Shown here: positions 47,473-58,748 of the stretch, piece after piece | How the letters are laid out: each line of letters starts with the position of its first letter | How positions within the stretch are numbered: the stretch's first letter is position 1 | Assembly: GCA_963721515.1 (NCBI GenBank) | Contig: CAVRKJ010000010.1 | Coordinates: 606,672-670,671, forward strand | DNA from: an uncultured Actinomycetota bacterium | GTDB lineage: Bacteria; Actinomycetota; Thermoleophilia; Solirubrobacterales; Solirubrobacteraceae | Direction: 5' to 3' | Length of the DNA stretch: 64,000 bases | The notes under the pieces: model-generated | What the model was told of the DNA's origin: nothing | Seen by the model: only the letters and a program-made list of their open reading frames with translations | Database searches by the model: none | Position numbers and translations under genes: made by a program

Positions 47473-48915
47473 TCAGTCGCCCAGCTCGGCGCGCCGCCGC
47501 ACCACGAACTCGCGCAGCGCCTCGTCGACGGCGCCGTCGACGGGAGGCTGCTCGTAGTCCTCGAGGGCCTGGCGCCAGATCTCGCCGGCGCGGGCGGTCG
47601 TGTCGCGCGCGCCGCGCTTGGTCCAGCGGTCGAAGTTCTCCGTCGAGGACAGCATCGGGCGGTAGAAGCACTCGCGGAAGCGCTCCAGGGTGTGCGCGGC
47701 GCCCAGGAAGTGCCCGCCGGCGCCGACCTCCAGATGGGCGTCGAAGGCCAGCGAGGCCTCGTCGATCTCCAGCGGGGTGAACTCGTGGCGCAGCTCGCGC
47801 AGCAGTTCGACGTCGACGATGAACTTCTCGTAGCAGGACACCAGCCCGCCCTCCAGCCAGCCCGCGGAGTGCATCACGAAATTGGTCCCGGCCAAGAAGG
47901 TGGGCAGCAGCGTCATCAGTGACTCGTAGGCCGCTTGGGCGTCGACGGTCTGGGACGCGTTGAGCGCGCCGCCGCCGCGCCACGGGAGCCCGAAGTGGCG
48001 CGCGATCTGGCCGGTGCAGAGCACCCCGATCCCGGACTCGGGGGTGCCGAACGACGGCGAGCCCGACTGCATGTCGGTGTTGGACAGAAACGATCCGAAT
48101 ACCACCGGCGCGCCGGGGCGGATCGTCTGCGCCAGCGCGATGCCGGCGAGGGCCTCGGCCATCTGCTGGACGAGCGTGGCCGGGAGCGAGACGGGCGACA
48201 TCGCGCCCATCAGCAGGAACGGAGTGATCACGACGGCCTGGTTGGCCTTCACGTACTCCACCATCGCCGACAGCATCCGGTCGTCGTAGCGCAGCGGGCT
48301 GTTGACGTTGATGAGCGAGATCGACACCGGGGCGCGCTCGATCGCCTCGCGGCCGCCGAACAGGATCTCGCCCATGGCGATGGTGTCGGCGGCGTTAGGG
48401 CCCGAGGTCACCGAGCCCATGTAAGGCTTGTCGGACAGGGTCTGCAGGGCATAGACCATGTCGAGATGCCGGCTGTCCAGCGGCCGGTCCTCGGGCTCGC
48501 AGATGGTGCCGCCGGGCGAATCGAGCTGGGGATAGAACTGCGACAGGCGCACGAGGTTCTCGAAGTCGGCCATCTTGGCATCGCGGCGCACGTCGCCCTC
48601 GCGGATGAAGGGGCACCCATACACCGGCGCGAACACCATGTTGTTGCCGCCGATGTGGGCGGTGTTGGCGGGGTTGCGCGCCTGAAGCTCGAACTCCCTG
48701 GGGGCCTTGGCCACCTGCTCGAGGATCCACTCGGGGTCAAACCGCACGCGGTTCTCGTCCTCCACAATCTGACCGGCGCCGCGGAGCACCTCCACCGCCT
48801 CGGGCAGCAGGAACTCGATCCCCAGCTCGCTCACGATGCGCCGCCAGCCTCGATCGAGCGTGGCCATGGCCTCCTCGCTGAGGATCTCGTAGCGGGGCAT
48901 GTCGTTGACGAACAT
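47473..48915 (-). CDS. MttB-superfamily (trimethylamine methyltransferase family) quaternary-amine:corrinoid methyltransferase, non-pyrrolysine type
   Basis: 480 aa from ATG 48915 (SD GAGAGGAAG is 7 nt upstream). Full-length family resemblance ('PRYEILSEEAMATLDRGW', 'VNSPLRYD', 'GAMSPVSLPATLVQ', 'MHSAGWLEGGL'). No in-frame TAG. Confidence 0.85.
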   Translation of the reverse strand: MFVNDMPRYEILSEEAMATLDRGWRRIVSELGIEFLLPEAVEVLRGAGQIVEDENRVRFDPEWILEQVAKAPREFELQARNPANTAHIGGNNMVFAPVYGCPFIREGDVRRDAKMADFENLVRLSQFYPQLDSPGGTICEPEDRPLDSRHLDMVYALQTLSDKPYMGSVTSGPNAADTIAMGEILFGGREAIERAPVSISLINVNSPLRYDDRMLSAMVEYVKANQAVVITPFLLMGAMSPVSLPATLVQQMAEALAGIALAQTIRPGAPVVFGSFLSNTDMQSGSPSFGTPESGIGVLCTGQIARHFGLPWRGGGALNASQTVDAQAAYESLMTLLPTFLAGTNFVMHSAGWLEGGLVSCYEKFIVDVELLRELRHEFTPLEIDEASLAFDAHLEVGAGGHFLGAAHTLERFRECFYRPMLSSTENFDRWTKRGARDTTARAGEIWRQALEDYEQPPVDGAVDEALREFVVRRRAELGD

Positions 48916-48976
48916 GGCGGGCTTCCTCTCTGTCTGTCTTCGGCGGGGCGGCCGGGACTGGTGTCTCAACGACCGC

Positions 48977-49004
48977 TTGACTGAGCGGTGTGCGTCCGTA
49001 ATAT
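48977..49004 (+). promoter_or_regulatory. Near-consensus sigma-A-type promoter TTGACT-N16-TAATAT for the iclR-corrinoid operon
   Basis: TTGACT at 48977-82 and TAATAT at 48999-49004. The -35 is embedded in the inverted repeat ACCGCT-N6-AGCGGT (48972-48989). Confidence 0.5.
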
Positions 49005-49013
49005 ATCCCTCCG

Positions 49014-49029
49014 TGGAACAACAGTTCCA
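49014..49029. promoter_or_regulatory. Inverted repeat TGGAAC-AACA-GTTCCA just downstream of the -10 (candidate IclR operator)
   Basis: Perfect 6-bp arms at 49014-19 and 49024-29, ending 4 nt upstream of ATG 49034. Confidence 0.45.
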
Positions 49030-49033
49030 AGAA

Positions 49034-49821
49034 ATGCCTTCAGAGTCTCCGGGCTCGGCCACGCGCGCGTCGGGCACCACCGCCATTGACCGTGGCGCCG
49101 AGCTGCTTGTGCGGGTGCTCGAGTCAGAGCAGCCCATCGCGCTGGCCGAGATCGCGTCCGCCACCGGCATCCCGAAGAGCACCGCCTCGCGGCTGGTGTC
49201 GGCGCTCGAGCGCCAGGGTCTCGTGGAGCAGGACGGGGAGCGGGGACGCCTGCGTCCGGGCCCCGCGATCCTGCGCGTCGCCGAGCGCGGGATGCTGGAG
49301 CGCAGCATCCTCGAGCTCGCCCGCCCGTCGCTGGACACGCTCGGTGAGCTGACCGGCGAGACGATCAACCTGGCCGTGCCCGGGCCCCAGGGCGTCGAGC
49401 ACATCGCCCAGGTCGAGAGCCGTCACTTCCTCGGCGCCGGCCAGTGGCTCGGGCGCTCCGCCGCCTATCACTGCACCGCCAACGGCAAGGTGTTCATGGC
49501 CTTCGATCGCGCGCCGATCCCGGCGCGCCCGCCCGCGCTCACGCCGCAGACCATCACCGACCCCGCCCGCCTCAAGACCGAGCTCGCCCGCGTTCGCCGC
49601 GATGCGTTCGCGGAGGCCATCGAGGAGCTGGAAGTCGGTCTGGCCGCCATCGCCGCCCCGGTGCGCGGGGCGGGCGGGCAGGTGGTGGCGGCGCTGAGCA
49701 TTACCGGCCCGACCGTCCGGATGACCCCCGAGCGGATCGGGGAGCTGAAGGCCATCCTCATCGAGGAGGCGGACGCCTTGAGCCGCCGCCTCGGCAACAC
49801 CGAGCAAGGAGAACACGCCGC

Positions 49822-49825
<4 letters not shown>
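49034..49825 (+). CDS. IclR-family transcriptional regulator
   Basis: wHTH 'IALAEIASATGIPKSTASRLVSALERQGLV' plus an IclR effector domain. The alternative in-frame GTG 49013 would fit a leaderless transcript. Confidence 0.85.
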
Positions 49826-50483
<658 letters not shown>

Positions 50484-50487
<4 letters not shown>

Positions 50488-50855
50488 CAGCGCACGGCTT
50501 GCTCGCCAAGGCGGAGCACGCCGTCAAGGGCCCCATCTGGGGCTGTCAGATGTGCGGGCAATGCGTCCTGCACGACACCGGTCTGACGTGCCCGATGACC
50601 TGTCCCAAGACGCTGCGCAACGGGCCGTGCGGCGGCGTGCGCCCCAACGGCCATTGCGAGGTCAAGCCCGAGATGCGCTGCGTGTGGGTCACGGCCTACG
50701 AGCGCTCGGAGCGCCTGCCGCTGTGGCGTGGGCACATCGACAACGTCCGCCCACCGGTGGACAACCGCCTGAAGGGCACGTCATCGTGGCTGAACCTGTT
50801 CAGCGGCCGTGACAAGCAGGTCCCCGCGGGATGGGCCCCCGATGTCGAGTCTTGA
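50484..50855 (+). CDS. MetV-like Zn-ribbon protein (methylenetetrahydrofolate reductase C-terminal-domain family)
   Basis: The Cys-rich segment 'CQMCGQCVLHDTGLTCPMTCPKTLRNGPCGG' is characteristic of MetV. Overlaps the upstream stop by 4 nt. Confidence 0.8.
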
Positions 50856-51783
50856 GCGCAAGCTGACGGCGGGAGAGTTCGTCGTCACTGCTGAGCTGCC
50901 CGTCATCGACGGCGGCGGCCACGCCGAGCTCCAGCGCCAGCTCGAGCCGATGCGGCCGTTCGTGGACGCGTTCAACGCCACCGACAACCCGGCCGCGCAC
51001 GCCCACGTCTCACCGCTGGCGGTGTCCATCGGCCTGCAGGAGGTCGGCGCGGAGCCGATCATGCAGCTCGTCTGCCGCGACAAGAACCGGCTGGCCCTCG
51101 AGGCCGATCTGATGGGCGCCGCCATGTACGGCATCGAGAACGTGTCGTGTCTGACCGGCGACGACGTCAGCGCGGGCGACGAGCCCGAGGCGCAGCGTGT
51201 GTTCGATCTGGACAGCATCCAGCTGGTCGCGCTCGCCCGTACGCTGGACCGTGGCCACTACCTGTCGGGACGCGAGATCCATCCCAAGCCGCACTTCGTC
51301 GTGGGCGCGGTGGAGAACCCGTCCGCGCCGCCCCTGGAGTTCCGCGTGCGCCGCGCCGCCAAGAAGGCGCTGGCCGGGGCGCAGTACCTCCAGCTCCAGC
51401 TCTGCTACCGCACCGAGCTGCTGGAGCGCTTCATGCGCGCCGCCCACGACATCGGCCTCACCGAGCGCCTCGCCCTCATCCCCTCCATCTGCATTCTGCG
51501 CAGCGTGGGCGGCATGCGCTTTGTCGCCAACCACGTCCCCGGCATCGACGTCCCGCCCGAGACCGTGCGGCGCGTCGAGCAGTCGGCCGACCCCGAGCAC
51601 GAGTGCTTCGACATCGCCTACGAGCTGGCCTCCCACGCGCTGGCCCAACCTGGCGTGGCCGGGCTGCACTTCATCTCGTTCCGCAAGGACGCGGGCATCG
51701 CGAAGCTCTGCGGTCGCCTCGGAATCCCCCCACGAATCGAAAGAGAGTCCAATGGATACAGTGCTTCGGTCGCGCTCGGGTAG
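50842..51783 (+). CDS. metF: Methylenetetrahydrofolate reductase (MetF, MetV-associated type)
   Basis: ATG 50842. 'FVVTAELP', 'FNATDNPAAHAH' and 'QLVCRDKNRLALEADL' are typical MTHFR TIM-barrel segments. Confidence 0.85.
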   Translation: MSSLERKLTAGEFVVTAELPVIDGGGHAELQRQLEPMRPFVDAFNATDNPAAHAHVSPLAVSIGLQEVGAEPIMQLVCRDKNRLALEADLMGAAMYGIENVSCLTGDDVSAGDEPEAQRVFDLDSIQLVALARTLDRGHYLSGREIHPKPHFVVGAVENPSAPPLEFRVRRAAKKALAGAQYLQLQLCYRTELLERFMRAAHDIGLTERLALIPSICILRSVGGMRFVANHVPGIDVPPETVRRVEQSADPEHECFDIAYELASHALAQPGVAGLHFISFRKDAGIAKLCGRLGIPPRIERESNGYSASVALG

Positions 51784-52630
51784 CGTCACGATCGGCGCCA
51801 CGCAGCCGTTCTGCGTGATCGGCGAGCGCATCAACCCGACCGGTCGCAAGGTGTTCGCCGAGGAGCTGCGCAACGGCGACCTCTCGACCGTGACCGTCGA
51901 CGCACTGGCCCAGGCCGAGGCCGGAGCCAACATGCTGGATGTCAACGCCGGGATTCCGCTGGTGGACGAGCCCGAGCTGCTCAAGTCCATGCTCACCGCC
52001 GTCCAGGAGGCCGTGGACCTGCCGATCTGCATCGACTCCTCGGTGATCGAGGCGCTCGAGGCCGGTCTGTCGGTCTACGAGGGCCGCGCGCTGGTCAATT
52101 CGGTGACCGCCGAGGACGAGCGCCTTGACGAGATCCTGCCGCTGGTGGCCAGGCACGGCGCCGCCGTGATCGGTCTGGCCAACGACGAGACCGGCATCCC
52201 CGAGACGCCCCAGAAGCGCCTGGAGTGCGCGCGCAAGATCGTCGCGGCCGCCAACGACCACGGGATCGCCACCGAGGACGTGATCATCGACCCGCTGGCC
52301 ATGACCGTGGGCGCCGCCACCGATGCCGTCACGGTCACGCTGGCCACCATCTCCCTGATTCGGGACGAGCTCGGGGTGAACATGTGCCTGGGCGCCTCCA
52401 ACGTCTCCTTCGGTCTCCCCCGCCGCCATGAGCTCAACGCCGGCTTCTTGCCGATGGCGATGGCCGCGGGCCTGACCAGCGCCATCATGTCGACCGCCGA
52501 GGTGGTGGTGCAGTCGGTGCGGGCCTCGGATCTGCTGCTCGGCCACGACGCCTGGGGCACCAACTGGATCGCCGCGCACCGGGCCCGCCAGGCGGCGCAG
52601 GCCGCCCAGGAGGCTGCGAGCGTCGCATGA
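51752..52630 (+). CDS. Methyltetrahydrofolate:corrinoid methyltransferase (pterin-binding domain, AcsE/MtgA/MtrH-like)
   Basis: 'CVIGERINPTGRK', 'MLDVNAG', 'PICIDSS', 'ALVNSV' and 'LGASNVSFGLP' form the pterin-binding barrel signature series. Confidence 0.85.
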   Translation: MDTVLRSRSGSVTIGATQPFCVIGERINPTGRKVFAEELRNGDLSTVTVDALAQAEAGANMLDVNAGIPLVDEPELLKSMLTAVQEAVDLPICIDSSVIEALEAGLSVYEGRALVNSVTAEDERLDEILPLVARHGAAVIGLANDETGIPETPQKRLECARKIVAAANDHGIATEDVIIDPLAMTVGAATDAVTVTLATISLIRDELGVNMCLGASNVSFGLPRRHELNAGFLPMAMAAGLTSAIMSTAEVVVQSVRASDLLLGHDAWGTNWIAAHRARQAAQAAQEAASVA

Positions 52631-54515
52631 GCGCCGCGGCCCCCAAGCGGCGCGCGCTCGAGCGCGAGGAGGCGGTCGTGGAGACCGACGGCGCCGAGCG
52701 CGTGCGCCTGCGGTTCCTGCCCGACGGCGGCGAGGTCCGCGTCCCGAGCGGAACGCCGATCTTCGACGCCGCCAGCTGGAACGGCATCGCCATCGACTCG
52801 ACCTGCGGCGGTCACGGGACCTGCAAGAAGTGCAAGGTCCGCATCGTCTCGGGCGACGTCCCGCTCTCCAGCGTCGACCCACGGGCGTTCTCCACCGATG
52901 AGCTGCGCCAGGGCTGGCGGCTCGCCTGCCGAGCCAGCGCCCGCGGCGATCTCGTCGTCGAGGTACCGCCGCTGCAGACCCGGCCCAAGGCAGCGCTCGT
53001 CGGCGTCGGCCGGCACGTCATCCTCCGCCCCGCCGTCCAGAAGCGCCACCTCGTGCTCGATGAGCCGACGCTCGAGGATCAGCGGTCTGACCTGCAGCGG
53101 GTCTGCGATGCGCTCGACGATCTCGAGCCCTATGCGTCGCTCGACGTGCTGCGGACGCTCGGCGGCACGCTGCGCCGGTCGCACTTCGACGTCACCGCCG
53201 TGGTGTGCGACGAGGAGCTCATCGACGTCGAGCCCGGCGACACGACCGGCCGGCGGTTCGCCATCGCCTTTGACCTCGGCACGACCACGGTGGTGGCTAC
53301 GCTGCTCGACCTCGAGAGCGGCCAGCCGGCCGCGGTGAGGTCGATGCTCAACCGCCAGCAGCCCTACGGGGCTGACGTCATCACCCGCGTGTCGGCGACG
53401 ATGATGGATGAGCATGCGCTCGGGGCGCTCCAGCAGCGTGCCCACGAGACCTTTGCGGAGCTGACCGGTGAGGTGCTCGCGGACGCCGCCGTCGAGCCGG
53501 ACGAGGTCTATGAGATCGCGGTGTGCGGCAACGTCACCATGATGCAGATTGCGCTCGGGATCGATCCCGAGCCGCTCTCGATGGCGCCGTTCACGGTCGC
53601 GACGCACGAATTCCCGCCCACCCGCGCGTCTGAGTTCGGAGTCACGCTGCACCCGCGGGCATCGGCCTACGTGTTCCCATCGCTCGGCGCCTACGTCGGT
53701 GGCGACATCGTGGCGGGAATGCTCGCCACCGGACTGACCCGCGACCGGCGGCTGCGGCTGTTCATCGACGTTGGGACCAATTCGGAGATCGCGCTCGGCT
53801 CCGTCGACCGGGTGCTCGCCACCGCGGCGCCCGCCGGACCGGCGTTCGAAGCCGCTCAGATCAAGTGCGGCATGCGGGCGGCCGACGGCGCGATCGAAGG
53901 CATCAAGCTGAGCGCCGACGGCCTCGAGCTCGACGTGATCGGTGACACCGAACCGGTCGGCATGTGTGGCTCGGGGCTCGTGGACGCGGTCGCCGAACTC
54001 GTCCACGCCGGTCTGCTGGACCATTCCGGGCGCTTCATCCCCAACGAGGACGCCGCCGACAGGTTCCCCGGGCTGTGCGAGCGGCTGACGAAGATCGGCG
54101 ACGAGCGAGTGTTCGTGCTGCACTGGCGCGGCGACGATCCGGCAGCATCGGTCTACCTCTCCCAGCGCGACGTCCGCGAGCTGCAGTTCGCCAAGGGCTC
54201 GATCGCCACCGGCTGGCACATCCTTCTGCGGGAGATGGGCGTCGAGGCCGCAGACATCTCCCAGGTGCTGCTCGCGGGTAGCTTCGGCGCATATCTCACG
54301 CCGCTGAGCGCGGTGCGGATCGGGCTGGTGCCACGCATCGCGCTCCCCCGGATCGTCTCCGCCGGCAACGTGGCCGGGGAGGGCGCCAAGATCGCCGCCC
54401 TGTCGCTGCGTGAGCGCGCCGAGGCCCAGTCGATCCTGCGCGAGGTCGAGTACGTGGAGCTGTCCGGGCGCGCCGATTTCAACGACCTGTTCATCGACCA
54501 GCTCTCGTTCCCAGG

Positions 54516-54519
<4 letters not shown>
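52627..54519 (+). CDS. Reductive activator of corrinoid enzymes (RACE; N-terminal [2Fe-2S] ferredoxin + ASKHA/DUF4445 ATPase)
   Basis: 'DSTCGGHGTCKKCKV' plant-type ferredoxin motif, followed by 'AFDLGTTTVV' and 'IDVGTNSEI' ASKHA phosphate motifs. Confidence 0.85.
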
Positions 54520-55099
<580 letters not shown>

Positions 55100-55103
<4 letters not shown>

Positions 55104-57067
55104 TCCGCGGCGCCGGCCTCCACCAGCAGCGTCGCGACGTCGGCCACGCGCAGATCGGCGCCGGCGCTCTGGACGCCGTCGTCGAGCATCACCGTGCAGT
55201 ACGGGCACGCCACCGCCAGGGTGCCCGCCCCGGTGTCGGCCGCCTCCCGCACGCGGTTCTCGTTGATCGCCCCGGCGCGCTCCTCCATCCACATGTGCGC
55301 GCCGCCCGCCCCGCAGCAGAACGTCTGCTTGCCGCTGCGCGCCATCTCCACCGGCGTGCCGACGGCGCTGACCAGCTCGCGCGGCGCCGCCAGGACGTCG
55401 TTGTGGCGTGCCAGGTAGCAGGAGTCGTGGTAGGTGATCGACAGTCCTTCGGACTTCTTCGGCGCCAGTCGCCCTTCGCGGACCAGCGCCGCGAGCAGGT
55501 CGGTGTGGTGGACCACCTCGTACTCGCCGCCGAAGTCGGGGTATTCGTTGCCCAGCGTGTTGAAGCAGTGCGGGCAGTTGGCGATGATCTTGGTCACGCC
55601 GGCCGCGTTGAGCGTCTCCACGTTCTGCTCGGCGAAGGCCTGGAAGACGTACTCGTTGCCGATACGCCGCGCGGGGTCCCCCGTGCACGCCTCGCGAGCC
55701 CCGAGGATCGCGAAGTCGACGCGCGCCTTCTGCAGGAGCTTCACGGTGTTCTCAGCGGTGGTTCGGGCACGTTCGTCGAACGAGCTCGCGCATCCCACCC
55801 AGTACAGGTACTCGGGCGCGGTCTCGCCGGGCTCCAGGATGCGCACGCCCAGCCCGTCGGCCCAGTCGGCGCGCTCGGACTGGGCCTTGCCCCACGGGTT
55901 GGATGCCCGCTCGACATCGCGGAGCATCGGCTCGGCCTCGGAGGGGAAGCTCGACTCCACCATAACGAGATGACGGCGCAGGTCGACGATGTGGTCGACG
56001 TGCTCGATCGACACCGGGCACGCCTGGACGCAGGCGCCGCAGGTGACGCAGTCCCACACCGACTCCTCGGGCACCGCGTTGGGAACAAGAGAGATGAGAT
56101 CGATCGGGGCGGCTGGACCGGCCGTTCCGCCATCGCTTCCTGCGCGCGACTTGACGATCGCACCGCCGTCGGAGAACACCTGGTCGCGCAGGCCCATGAT
56201 GAGCAGCTTGGGCGAGAGCACCTTGCCGGTGGCAAACGCGGGGCACACGTCCTGACAGCGGCCGCACTCAGTGCAGGAGAACGTGTCAAGCATCTGTTTC
56301 CAGGTGAGATCGGCGGCGGTCCCGGCGCCGAAGCGGATCTCCTCCTCGGGGATGTCGGGATCGTCGAAACGGAGCGGCTCGAGGCGGCCGCCCGGTCCGG
56401 TGCGGCCGTACCACACGTTGAACGCCGCGGAGGCGATGTGCAGGTGTTTGGAACGCGGCAGGTAGGCCAGGAACGCGAGGATGGTGATCACGTGGGCCCA
56501 CACGAACACCCGCTCGAGCACGCGGGTCAGGCCGTCGTCGGCAAACAGCTTGGAGAGCAGATTGGAGACCGGTGCCGAGGACGCCGGCCACTCGTTGAGG
56601 CCGAGCGCGATCCGCGTCGCGTGCCACAGCAGCAGCGTGGCGGCGATGGTGGCGATCAGCGCGAGGATGAGGTCGGCCTCGCCCAGGTGGCTGCCCTCGA
56701 AACGCCGCGGGCGCTGCACCTTGCGGATCCACAGCGCGCTGACCACGCCAACGAGGACCAACACCGCGAACACGTCGACCAGGAAGGCGTACCACCCCTG
56801 GTGACCGAGCCACGGGAACGTGGCGTGCTTGTCCACCACGCCGATCATGGCGATCACGATCGTGGGGCCCAGGACCAGAAAGCCCCAGAAGATGAAGGCG
56901 TGGATGAGGCCGGGGCCGAACCGCTGCAGGAGCTTGCGCTGGCCCAGCACGATGGTGGCCTCGTGCTCGGCGCGCCGCGAGCGGTCGCCGACGCGCTCCA
57001 CCGGCGCCCCCGCCTGTAGCAGCGCCACCAGGAAGCGGACCCGGACGGTGAAGAGGCTCACGCTCAC
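55100..57067 (-). CDS. Membrane-anchored Fe-S / CCG-domain oxidoreductase (EtfD / HdrD-GlpC-like)
   Basis: N-terminal multi-TM domain, two ferredoxin-type motifs ('CTECGRCQDVCP', 'CVTCGACVQACP') and CCG-domain Cys motifs ('WVGCASSF', 'CPHCFNTL', 'FCCGAGG'). It lies downstream of etfBA. The start is uncertain (see findings). Confidence 0.8.
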
Positions 57068-57108
57068 CGCCAGCAGCGCGGCGAGGACGACGGCGGAGAC
57101 GGCGATGC

Positions 57109-57984
57109 CTATGTCCCGCGCACCTTTCTGATCTCGGCCGAGATCGCGGGTACCACCTCGTGCAGGTCCCCGATGACGGCATAGTCGGCGGACGCGAAGA
57201 TCGACGCCTCGCCGTCAGGGTTGATCGCCAGCAGGCGCTTGGCGCCCTTGCACCCGGCCATGTGCTGGGTGGCTCCGCTGATCCCGCAGGCAATGTAGAT
57301 CTCCGGCGAGATCTTGGTGCCGGTCTGACCGACCTGGTCGGTGTGCGGGCGCCAGCCGGCGCTCGTCACCGCGCGCGAGCACCCGACGGCCCCACCGAGC
57401 AGCGCCGCCAGCTCCTCGATCACCGAGAAGCCCTCGGCCGAGCCGACGCCGCGGCCGCCGGACACCACCACGTCGGCGTCGGCCAGCGACACGCCCGCGC
57501 TCGACGCGGGGATCGTCTCGCTCACCCGCACCACGCGGTCGGCCCCGGATGCCGAGCCGCTGACGGGCACCACCTCCACCTCGGACAGCGGCGCGGCGGC
57601 GACGGCGTGAGGCGCGGCCGTCACCAGCAGCGGTGACCCGTGGACCCGCGCCTCCTCGAGCAGGCTGCCTCCCCAGCGCATGCGCACGACGGTGGCGGGG
57701 TCCCCGGGCGCGATCGACAGGCAGTTGGCCGACATCGGCTGGTCGAGCTTGGCCGCGACGTGGGCCAGCACCTCGTTGCCGCGATCGGTGCCGGGGGCCA
57801 CCACGGCGCCGGCCGAGCGCTGCTGGGCCAGCTCCACCAGTGTCTGGGCCCAGGCGGCGGGCGCGTAGGCCTCGGACGGATCAAACGTCACCGGCTGGAC
57901 GTCGTCCCCGACGCTGCGGGCGAACGTGACGGCCTGCTGGGAGAGCTCGTCGGCGGCGGCCTCGATGAATACGAGCGTCGCCAT
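57109..57984 (-). CDS. etfA: Electron transfer flavoprotein alpha subunit
   Basis: ATG 57984 ('MATLVFIE'). C-terminal FAD-binding signature 'PEIYIACGISGATQHMAG'. The upstream ~99 ORF codons were rejected. Confidence 0.9.
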   Translation of the reverse strand: MATLVFIEAAADELSQQAVTFARSVGDDVQPVTFDPSEAYAPAAWAQTLVELAQQRSAGAVVAPGTDRGNEVLAHVAAKLDQPMSANCLSIAPGDPATVVRMRWGGSLLEEARVHGSPLLVTAAPHAVAAAPLSEVEVVPVSGSASGADRVVRVSETIPASSAGVSLADADVVVSGGRGVGSAEGFSVIEELAALLGGAVGCSRAVTSAGWRPHTDQVGQTGTKISPEIYIACGISGATQHMAGCKGAKRLLAINPDGEASIFASADYAVIGDLHEVVPAISAEIRKVRGT

Positions 57985-58748
57985 CACATCACCCCGATCT
58001 CGGACAGGATCTCCACGACCCGCGGCGCCGCCTCGGGGCCGCGGCCCAGCACCTCGGCCTGCTTGCTCGCGCCCTCGGGTAGCCGGAGCCGGACCATCTC
58101 CAGGCGCGCCGGCGCACGGGCCGGCTCGGAGCCGGCCACCGGCTTGCGCTTGGCGCGCATCCGCCCGGGCACGGACGGATAGCGCGGCAGGTTGATGCCC
58201 TCCAGGACCGAGACGACTGCGGGCATGGGGACCGCATAGACGTCGCGCCCGGGTGGCTGGGACGTTCTCTCGCGCTCGCACCGCAGGCTCGCGCCGTCGA
58301 CGCTGATGCCCTTGATCCCGTTGACTACCGGCAGCCCCAACGCGTAAGCGACCCGCACGGCCACCTGGTAGTTGCCGGCGTCGGCGGACTCGTTGCCGAA
58401 CATCAGCAGGTCAAACGACGTCCCGTCCTCGCGGATGGCGGCGACGATGGCGGCCGCGGTGGCCTGGGGGTCCCATTCGCCGCCATCGGTGACGAGGTGG
58501 ATGCCGCGGTCGATGCCGATGGCCATCATGTCGCGCAGCTGCTCCTCGGCGTCGGCCGGGCCCAAGGTCAGCACCACCGACTCGCCGCCATGGGCCTCCA
58601 CCAGGCGGATCGCCTCCTCGGCGGCGCATTCCTCGTGGGGGCTCACGGTGAACCCGAGGTGGCGGGTCTGGATCGCCTGCTCGTCCTCGCTCAGGGTGAT
58701 CTTGCCGCCGGTGAGCGGCACGCGCTTGACGCAGACGAGAACGTTCAC
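57984..58748 (-). CDS. etfB: Electron transfer flavoprotein beta subunit
   Basis: 'MNVLVCVKRVP' is the typical EtfB N-terminus. 254 aa. The GTG start immediately follows the upstream stop (TAGGTG). Confidence 0.9.
   Translation of the reverse strand: MNVLVCVKRVPLTGGKITLSEDEQAIQTRHLGFTVSPHEECAAEEAIRLVEAHGGESVVLTLGPADAEEQLRDMMAIGIDRGIHLVTDGGEWDPQATAAAIVAAIREDGTSFDLLMFGNESADAGNYQVAVRVAYALGLPVVNGIKGISVDGASLRCERERTSQPPGRDVYAVPMPAVVSVLEGINLPRYPSVPGRMRAKRKPVAGSEPARAPARLEMVRLRLPEGASKQAEVLGRGPEAAPRVVEILSEIGVM

Noticed and set aside
47473-48915. A pyrrolysine (in-frame TAG) MttB, i.e. a true trimethylamine methyltransferase.
   Set aside because: The reading frame is uninterrupted across the whole family-homologous region and no pyl genes are present. 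I call it a non-Pyl member.
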